From the NCBI GenBank assembly GCA_035549955.1, contig DASZPS010000071.1:2840-66839 (forward strand): DNA of 64,000 nt, read 5' to 3'. The position numbers and the translations under genes are program-made. The notes beneath the pieces were generated by a model. It saw nothing but the letters and a program-made list of their open reading frames with translations. It had not been told where the DNA came from and made no database searches. This document shows, piece after piece, positions 24,882 through 31,611 of this stretch (positions within the stretch are counted from its first letter, which is position 1; each line of letters starts with the position of its first letter). This DNA comes from Lacunisphaera sp. Its GTDB lineage: Bacteria > Verrucomicrobiota > Verrucomicrobiia > Opitutales > Opitutaceae.

Positions 24882-25245
24882 ATGAATACCGATTTCCAGG
24901 CGAATTGGGTGGACAGGATGTGTGAGCCCGATGGTGCGAGTGCGTGGACTGCGCACCCCGCAAGCCGCTCCTGTCCACCTTTGCCTGCACGCCACGGCGT
25001 GCTTCCCGGATGAAAACCGACCTTCAGGCCAATTGGGTGGACGTGGGGCGTGAGCCCGATGGTGCGAGTGCGTGGACTGCGCACCCCGCAAGCCGCTCCC
25101 GTCCACCTTTGCCTGCACGCCCTGGCGCGGCGCCGGGATGAAAACCGACTTTCAGGCCAATTGGGTGGACGGGGGCGCGAGCCCGATGGTGCGAGTGCGT
25201 GGACTGCGCACCCCGCAAGCCGCTCCCGTCCACCTTTGCCTGCAC
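24882..25245 (+). repeat. Tandem triplication (period 128 bp) of the 5' end of the Cu-ATPase gene
   Basis: ATG-initiated units begin at 24882, 25010 and 25138. A 67-nt core (GAGCCCGATGGTGCGAGTGCGTGGACTGCGCACCCCGCAAGCCGCTCCyGTCCACCTTTGCCTGCAC) is identical apart from one substitution. Units 1 and 2 each encode a 43-codon ORF ending in an ATGA overlap with the next unit. Confidence 0.9.
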
Positions 25246-27612
25246 TGCGGCACGCCGCTGGCGACGGAGGCCGCGCGGGCGGAAGGATTTTGCTGCGCGG
25301 GCTGCAGCTACGTGCACCGGCTGGTCCACGAGCACGGGCTGGAGGGCTACTACAGGATTCGCGATGCCGTCGTCGCGCCGGTGGACCCGGCGGTGCTCCA
25401 GCCGCGAGACTATGCGTGGCTGGCGGAACTCCAGGCGGAGGCCGAGCGCCTGGCGACCGGCACGCCGGAGATGGTGCTGGAGGTGCAGGGCATTTCCTGC
25501 GCCGGTTGCGTCTGGCTGATCGAGAAGGTGTTTCACCAGCAGCCGGGAGCCCTGGTGATTGAAACCGATGCCCCGTTGGGCCGCATGCGCCTGCGCTGGC
25601 AGCGCGGGCGGTTCGACGCGCCGGCCTTCGCCCGCACGCTGCAATCCTTCAACTACCTTGCCGGGCCCCCGGGCGCGGAGCCGCCGGTGCCGGAGAGCCG
25701 GGCGCTGGTGCGGCGCATCGGGCTGTGCGCCGCGTTCGCCATGAACATCATGCTGTTCGCGTTGCCGCACTATTTCGGGATGGAGGCTACATTCTCGTAT
25801 GCATCGTTGTTCGGCACGTTGGCCATGGGGTTCGCGACCCTGAGCCTGCTGACGGGCGGCAGCTACTTCTTCGGGCGGGCGATCGCCGCGTTGCGCAGCG
25901 GGGTGTTGCATATCGACCTGCCGATCGCACTCGGCATTGCCGGCGCTTATGCGGGTTCATTCTACGGCTGGGCCACCGGGCGGGAGTTGTTTGTCTATTT
26001 CGATTTTGTCGGGGCCTTCATCCTCCTGATGCTGGTGGGCCGCTGGGCGCAGGTCGCGGCGGTGGAACGCAACCAGCGGCGCCTGCTGCGCGCACAGGCC
26101 CGGCCGCAGCGGGTCGCCGTGGCGGGGCCGGCCGGCGAATGGCGCGATGTGCCGGTCGAGAACCTGCAGCCGGGGGACGTTTTCCGGGTGAAGCCGGGCG
26201 AAGCGGTGCCCGTCGAGGCCCGGTTGGAGTCGGCGGCGGCGACCTTTGGCACGGCTTGGATCACCGGCGAGGCGGACCCGCGGGACCAGCGCGCGGGCGC
26301 GCGGGTGCCGGCCGGTTCGGTGGTGTTGTCGCGGGGCGCGGTGCAATTGCGCGCCGCGCAGGCGTGGGGGGAATCGCTCCTGGCCCGGTTGCTGCGGCCG
26401 GTGACGCGGGACGCCTACCGCCACCGGACATTGGAAAGAATCGTGGCCGGATATCTCATCGCCATCCTTGGCGTGGCGGTCGCCGCGGGCGTAGGCTGGT
26501 GGCTGCTTTCCCACGACGCGGAACGCACCTGGGCGGTGGTGACCGCGGTGCTCGTGGTTTCGTGCCCCTGCGCCGTGGGGCTCGCCTTTCCCCTGGCGGA
26601 AGAGATGGCGACCGTCGCGCTGCGCCGGCACGGCGTGTTCGTGCGCGAAGCCGACCTCTGGCCGCGCTTGGGACGAATCCGGAAACTGATCTTCGACAAG
26701 ACGGGAACGCTGACCCTCGAGACCCCCGCGCTGGCCAACCCCGGGGTGCTGGACCAACTCACCCCCCCGGCCCGCGCCGCGTTGCTGGCGTTGGTGCGGG
26801 AAAGCCCGCATCCGGTGAGCCAGAGCCTGCTGGAAAACCTGCTGACGCGGGCTGATTTCGTGAAGGAAACGGCGCCGGCAGGCCGCATCACCGAGGAGGC
26901 GGGCGGCGGCGTGCGGCTGGAGTCGGCGTCCGGTACCTGGACCCTCGGGCGGCCGGGGTGGGCCGGCGCCTCCGCGGAAACTTGTCATACATTAGGTGAC
27001 AAGTTTCCAGAGGCCGCCCACGACACCGAGTTCGCCTGCGATGGCGTGTTGCTGACGCGATTCCGCTTTGTCGATGCCGTCCGCACCGGCGCGGCGGCCG
27101 AAATTGCGCACCTGCGGGCCCGCGGTCTCGAAGTCTTTATTTTGAGCGGCGATCGTCGGGAAAAAGTGGCCGCGATGGCCCAGGCCCTGGGCCTGGCCCC
27201 CGGGCAGGCCGTGGCGGAGGCCACGCCCGCCGGGAAGGCGGCGTGGGTGCGGCGAATTGACCGGGGCGACACGTTGATGCTGGGCGACGGTGCCAATGAC
27301 AGCCTGGCGTTCGACGCCGCGCTGGCGCGAGGCACGCCCGTCATCCACCGCGGCGTGCTGGCGGGCAAGGCGGACTTCTACTATCTCGGTCGCGGCCTCG
27401 ATGGCTTGCGCCGCTTGTTTGAGGTCAACCACGCGCGCCGCCGGACCCAGCAGGCTTTGCTGGCGTTTTCGGTCGCCTACAACGCGCTGGCCGTGGGGCT
27501 GGCCGTGACCGGGCAGATGAATCCGCTGGTGGCGGCGATCCTGATGCCCGTCAGCTCCTTGTTGTCGCTGGCCATCGTGGGCGCCGGCATGCGCCGCTGG
27601 CTCGGCCGCTGA
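25138..27612 (+). CDS. ccoI: Heavy-metal (copper) translocating P1B-type ATPase, CcoI/FixI-like
   Basis: It has an N-terminal Cys-rich metal-binding domain (CLHCGTPL...FCCAGCSYVH), a CPC motif (VVSCPCAVG), the phosphorylation site DKTGTLT, and the hinge GDGANDS. The start is set at the third repeat unit (25138). Confidence 0.9.
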   Translation: MKTDFQANWVDGGASPMVRVRGLRTPQAAPVHLCLHCGTPLATEAARAEGFCCAGCSYVHRLVHEHGLEGYYRIRDAVVAPVDPAVLQPRDYAWLAELQAEAERLATGTPEMVLEVQGISCAGCVWLIEKVFHQQPGALVIETDAPLGRMRLRWQRGRFDAPAFARTLQSFNYLAGPPGAEPPVPESRALVRRIGLCAAFAMNIMLFALPHYFGMEATFSYASLFGTLAMGFATLSLLTGGSYFFGRAIAALRSGVLHIDLPIALGIAGAYAGSFYGWATGRELFVYFDFVGAFILLMLVGRWAQVAAVERNQRRLLRAQARPQRVAVAGPAGEWRDVPVENLQPGDVFRVKPGEAVPVEARLESAAATFGTAWITGEADPRDQRAGARVPAGSVVLSRGAVQLRAAQAWGESLLARLLRPVTRDAYRHRTLERIVAGYLIAILGVAVAAGVGWWLLSHDAERTWAVVTAVLVVSCPCAVGLAFPLAEEMATVALRRHGVFVREADLWPRLGRIRKLIFDKTGTLTLETPALANPGVLDQLTPPARAALLALVRESPHPVSQSLLENLLTRADFVKETAPAGRITEEAGGGVRLESASGTWTLGRPGWAGASAETCHTLGDKFPEAAHDTEFACDGVLLTRFRFVDAVRTGAAAEIAHLRARGLEVFILSGDRREKVAAMAQALGLAPGQAVAEATPAGKAAWVRRIDRGDTLMLGDGANDSLAFDAALARGTPVIHRGVLAGKADFYYLGRGLDGLRRLFEVNHARRRTQQALLAFSVAYNALAVGLAVTGQMNPLVAAILMPVSSLLSLAIVGAGMRRWLGR
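26976..27008. promoter_or_regulatory. AT-rich palindrome GGAAACTTGTCA-N9-TGACAAGTTTCC (site 3 of 3; core TTGTCAT-N7-GTGACAA)
   Basis: It has perfect 12-bp arms and lies inside the Cu-ATPase ORF (ETCHTLGDKF). It shares the core and codon phase of the nirV and SCO1 sites. Confidence 0.45.
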
Positions 27613-27717
27613 GGGCCGCCCTGCGACCGGAAAAGGGGGAATTTGTTCCGCGGAGAATTATTCACGGCTGGACCGGTGGCATGAAACCGGATTTCCCGAC
27701 CCGCCGTCAAAGCGGGC

Positions 27718-28368
27718 ATGAACGCCATCACCATGAAGAGAGCTTCTTGTCTTTCCCTGACGGCGCTCCTCGGAGCGCTGTCTCTTGCCGCCGCCCTGCC
27801 GGCCCGGGCTGACTCCCGGGTCGACGTTGGCGTGTCGGTCGGTTTCCGCCTGCCCCATGGCGCGGTGGAAGTGCGGGTCGGCCGTGACCACTATTATGTG
27901 CACCGGGGCGTCTATTATCGCCAGGGCCCGCACGGGTACTACGTGGTCCGGGCGCCGCGCGGGCTTGTCGTGCGGGAATTGCCGCCGCGCTACGTGCGGA
28001 TCCACGTGGGCAGCCGCGATTATTACCGTTACGGCGACGTGTACTACGAGCGCGCCCCGGGTGGTTATGTCGTCGTGGATGCGCCGGTCGTGGCCCCGCG
28101 CGCGCTGCCGCCACCGTCGGCCGATGACGGGTACCAATCGGTCTGGGTGGGCGACATGGAATACAAGTTCCACGACGGGCAATTCTTCAAGTCGACGCCC
28201 GACGGCATGGTCTGGGTCCCGGCGCCCATCGGCGCGATGACCCGGACGCTGCCCGCGGACGCACGCAGTGTCTGGCACGAGGACATCGAGTACTTCGAGT
28301 GCGATGACGTTTATTTCCGCAAGACGCCGGAGGGCTACCGCGTGGTGGAGGCGCCCTGGAAGAAGTAA
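27718..28368 (+). CDS. Secreted repeat protein (four Tyr/Phe-rich ~45-aa repeats)
   Basis: It has a signal peptide (LTALLGALSLAAALPARA). Four repeats of the form (Y/F)(Y/F)...G..(Y/F)(Y/F)...P.GY.VV.AP follow, for example YYVHRGVYYRQGPHGYYVVRAP and YYRYGDVYYERAPGGYVVVDAP. Confidence 0.6.
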   Translation: MNAITMKRASCLSLTALLGALSLAAALPARADSRVDVGVSVGFRLPHGAVEVRVGRDHYYVHRGVYYRQGPHGYYVVRAPRGLVVRELPPRYVRIHVGSRDYYRYGDVYYERAPGGYVVVDAPVVAPRALPPPSADDGYQSVWVGDMEYKFHDGQFFKSTPDGMVWVPAPIGAMTRTLPADARSVWHEDIEYFECDDVYFRKTPEGYRVVEAPWKK

Positions 28369-28492
28369 CGCCCGCCCGGACTGTCCGCGCAAGCGGCCGG
28401 CGCATCCCGCGGGGGATCTCGCCGGCCCCAGCCGGGGCGATGACTGAGTATTAACGTGCATTAACCCGGGCGCTGGCTTTTGCTGGCCGCGC

Positions 28493-29197
28493 ATGGATGA
28501 ACGTCGCCGCTTTAGCATCTGGCTGGTGATCTGCCTGCTCGTCTCGAACCTCGCCGTCGGCACGCTCAGCCTGTTTTTTCTCAAGAAGGTGAACGAGCGT
28601 TACGGGGTGCTTTTCACCGATAGCATCCCGGCGCTGAACGGCCTGCGCACGCTGACGCGGGAAATGAGTTTCGTGCAACGGCTGGCGCGGCGCATCGTGG
28701 ATCCCGCCAACGAGCCTACGTGGAAGGACCTTTTGCCCCAAATGGCCCAGGCCAGCGTGAAAGTCCGGGAATTGGCCCGGGAAATAAGCCTGACGCCGCC
28801 GTTCAAAGACAGCAACCAGGCCATGCAAATCATGGACGGAGGGCAAAAGTACGAGGCGAGGGTGAAGGAGTTCATCGCGCTCGCCGAGGCGGGCAAACTG
28901 GCGGAGGCAAACCGTTTCAACGTCGAGATCCTGCGCCCCACCTATGATGACTACCAGGCGACGGTGGAGGGTGCCGCCGAATATGTGGAACGGCACGTCA
29001 GCGAGCTGCGCGACCAGTATACCCAGGATTCGCAGTTCTTCGGCGGATTGCTGCTGGTGCTGGGCGGCTGGCCGCTGCTGGCGGGCGGCCTGTTTGTGAT
29101 CGTGCTCGCGCTGATCGTGACGAGCCTCCTGATCACGGTCTTCCTGCCGAAGTTTGACCTCACACGGCGGCTGCTCGGCAAGGGAATGGACCGGTGA
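28493..29197 (+). CDS. Membrane protein with a periplasmic four-helix-bundle (4HB_MCP-like) sensor domain and no output domain
   Basis: TM1 is IWLVICLLVSNLAVGTLSLFF. It is followed by ~150 aa of helical MCP-ligand-domain-like sequence (YGVLFTDSIPALNGLRTL...), then TM2. The ORF ends ~20 aa later with no HAMP or signalling domain. Confidence 0.55.
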   Translation: MDERRRFSIWLVICLLVSNLAVGTLSLFFLKKVNERYGVLFTDSIPALNGLRTLTREMSFVQRLARRIVDPANEPTWKDLLPQMAQASVKVRELAREISLTPPFKDSNQAMQIMDGGQKYEARVKEFIALAEAGKLAEANRFNVEILRPTYDDYQATVEGAAEYVERHVSELRDQYTQDSQFFGGLLLVLGGWPLLAGGLFVIVLALIVTSLLITVFLPKFDLTRRLLGKGMDR

Positions 29198-29367
29198 CCA
29201 GGCTGGTATTCCGGTCATCATCCTGAGCGCGGCGAAGGATGACGGCGGTGGTCCTGCATGGCAGTTGGCCGGACGATGCAGCTGCCACGGGAGTGGCGAT
29301 AGAGCGGTTTCAAAAACGTCGTAGCCGCAATGCCTAGACAAAACCAAATCCCCCGCCTCCGTCATCC

Positions 29368-29489
29368 GGTAGTGGGTCCACTTGGTTCCTTCGCAGTGAT
29401 TTGAATGTAGGGTCGGCGCTTGCGCCGACCTCATGCGCGAGGTCGGACCAAGGTCCGACCCTACATCGGACTGCAATGGACCCACTACC
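29368..29489. repeat. Composite palindromic element: a family R REP (29406-29465) nested within an outer inverted repeat GGTAGTGGGTCCA / TGGACCCACTACC
   Basis: The inner element is TGTAGGGTCGGCGC-tt-GCGCCGACC tcatgcgcga GGTCGGACC-aa-GGTCCGACCCTACA. The outer 13-bp arms are perfectly inverted. Confidence 0.8.
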
Positions 29490-29647
29490 CGTCATCCTGA
29501 GCAACGCGAAGGATCCAAGCTGGGGATGCAATCAGCGCCTGCTCCTTTGATCCTTCTCTCGCGGCCGCGGGATCAGGATGACGGTGGAGAGAATGGGGTG
29601 TGGGCACTTAGAACGGCTATCGTTCATTTTGAACCGCTTTAGCCTGA

Positions 29648-29814
29648 ATATTTCACGCTCTTCGATGACCGACCCACACACCCCGTCGCTGCGCGCCACC
29701 CCTCTCATAGAGGGGAATCCAATCCTGCGCGACCGAAGTCCCCTCTAGGAAGAGGGGTGCCCGACAGGGCGAGGTGTGTTGGTTCGTTTCCAAGTGTGAA
29801 ATATTGCGGCTAGC
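29648..29814. repeat. Family M module-a hairpin split by a CCCCTC..GAGGGG (module d) insert
   Basis: ATATTTCAC (29648-29656) and GTGTGAAATAT (29794-29804) are the two arms seen contiguously at 9030-9062. They are separated here by ~135 bp similar to 14538-14638. Confidence 0.65.
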
Positions 29815-29840
29815 GGCCTGGTCGGAGACCGGCCCTGCAG

Positions 29841-31121
29841 TCAACCCAGCGTCTTCGGGATTGCAGCCGTGAGGTTCACCGGTACCGCGGCGGTGACGAG
29901 AATGTTGTCTTCGATGCGCACGCCGCCGATCTGCTTGTGCTGGTCGACGAGGTCCCAGTTGATTACCGCGCGATATTTTTCGCGCCGGGGCCGGTCATCG
30001 AGGATGGCCGGGATGAAATACAGGCCGGGCTCCACGGTCGCGACGTAACCGGGGCGAAGGACGAGGTCCATGCGCAGGCTGCGGAGGCTGGGCCGGTCGT
30101 CCTGCCGGCGGCCGGGCTCGAGTCCGCTGGCATCCCGCACGCCGAGGCCGACCAGATGACCGAGGCCGTGGGGATAGAACAAGGTGTGGACGTCCTGTTC
30201 GACGAGGGACTGGGGGTCGCCGTGGAGCACGCCCATTGCCACGAGGCCGCCGAGCATATCCACCGCCGCGGCGAAATGCAGGGCCTTCCACTCTGCGCCC
30301 GCGCGGCACCGCCCGATGGCACGGACTTGGGCGTCAAGCACCGCCTGGTAAAGGTCGCGCTGGAAGGGCGTGGCCTGGCCGGCGACGTAGGTGCGCGTGA
30401 CGTCGGTCACGTAGCGGTCCATCTGCGCGCCGGAATCGATGAGGATGTAGTCGCCATCACGCGCGACGCGAGCGGGCGAAGGCGAACCATGGAATACCGC
30501 GCTGCGCGCGCCGATGCCGACGATGGTGTCATAGCCGGTGGCCTGCGCGCCGTGCCGGAAATATTCGGCCTCCAACTCGATCTGGAGCTGCCGTTCGCTC
30601 ACGCCGGGCTTGAGCAGGGGCTGGATGGCGGCGTAGCCCGCGGCGGTTGCCGCGGCACCGCGCTGCATGATCTCAATCTCGGCTGGTTCCTTGGCCCGGC
30701 GGGCATGCTTGTACTTCTCGCGCACTTCGGCGGAGCGATCCTCGTCGGCCAGGCCGTTGATGGCGGCGCCCAGCATCACCACCGGCCGGCCGCGGCGGGC
30801 GGCGAGCCAGGCCGGGAATTTCCCGAGCAGTTCGCCGGGCAACTGTTCCCGGCCTTCCCACACGCGATCCAGCTCGCTGACCTCGGGCACGAACGAGGTC
30901 CAGCCGTGGTCGCCGCCCTTGGGGTCGTAGGCGAGAATGCCACCGATGGCCTCGGCGTGGCCGGTCAGGTAGTAATATTCCTGGTGCGCAATGAACGGGA
31001 GGTGCGCATCGCTGATCTCGGGCTTGGGCACCGGCTGGCCCGCGCCGATGAGCAGGATTTCGTTGGTGAGACCAAGGGCTTTGGCGATGCGCGCCCGGCG
31101 GGCGGGGTAGTCGAAATTCAT
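29841..31121 (-). CDS. Xaa-Pro aminopeptidase / M24B metallopeptidase
   Basis: Pita-bread metal-ligand motifs are present (ILIDSGAQMDRYVTDVTRT, HGLGHLVGLGVRD, VEPGLYF, GGVRIEDNILVT). The start is set at the second ATG (31121). Confidence 0.85.
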   Translation of the reverse strand: MNFDYPARRARIAKALGLTNEILLIGAGQPVPKPEISDAHLPFIAHQEYYYLTGHAEAIGGILAYDPKGGDHGWTSFVPEVSELDRVWEGREQLPGELLGKFPAWLAARRGRPVVMLGAAINGLADEDRSAEVREKYKHARRAKEPAEIEIMQRGAAATAAGYAAIQPLLKPGVSERQLQIELEAEYFRHGAQATGYDTIVGIGARSAVFHGSPSPARVARDGDYILIDSGAQMDRYVTDVTRTYVAGQATPFQRDLYQAVLDAQVRAIGRCRAGAEWKALHFAAAVDMLGGLVAMGVLHGDPQSLVEQDVHTLFYPHGLGHLVGLGVRDASGLEPGRRQDDRPSLRSLRMDLVLRPGYVATVEPGLYFIPAILDDRPRREKYRAVINWDLVDQHKQIGGVRIEDNILVTAAVPVNLTAAIPKTLG

Positions 31122-31525
31122 CCGGATCCCAGAAAGCACAAAACGTCGCCGAATGAAAGCCGGCGCTTGGGTGATGGGTGGGGACGGGACTGCAGCCCCG
31201 CCGCCATGTCGCCGGCCGGGAAACCGGCGGCCACCGGCCCGAGTTCACTCGAACTGCGGGAGGAGCTGCATGCCCGGCACGGTCACCAGGCCCTGGTCCG
31301 TGATGCGGAGCTCGGGAATGACGGACAGCGGGATGAGGTTGAAACCCATGTAGGGCAGGGTGCAGCCGGCGCGGTCCAGGCAGCCTTGAGGGCGGGCATG
31401 GCGACGGCGGCTAGCGAAGGGGTGACGGTATGCAGCGGCGGAACGGAGAAGCGGGTCAGGGCCATGGGGCCTTTCCAGCAGTGGGAGTGCCAGATGGGAG
31501 GGGAATCTTGCCAGCGTCCGGCAAT

Positions 31526-31600
31526 CGTTCTCTTTCTCTCAATCTTTCTCTTCCTCCCTCCGAGCCCGAGAGAAAGAGAAAGATTAAGAGATAGAGAACG
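31526..31600. terminator. Long polypyrimidine/polypurine stem-loop 12 nt downstream of the ydiJ-like stop
   Basis: CGTTCTCTTTCTCTCAATCTTTCTCTTCCTCC ... loop ... AGAGAAAGAGAAAGATTAAGAGATAGAGAACG. The arms are ~32 nt with a few mismatches. One arm is almost pure C/T and the other G/A. There is no U-tract. Confidence 0.45.
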
Positions 31601-31611
31601 AGGGACGTGGT

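Noticed and set aside
24882-25245. Possible CRISPR array or other spaced-repeat locus
   Set aside because: The three units are contiguous 128-bp tandem copies with no unique spacers, and they include the start of the ATPase gene. No cas genes are present in the window.
31245-31465. Possible frameshifted ~73-codon gene on the minus strand ([14 protein letters not shown]... in one frame, ...[41 protein letters not shown] in another)
   Set aside because: Both pieces look protein-like. However, I cannot assign a family, cannot locate the shift precisely, and neither piece alone is convincing. It is left unannotated.
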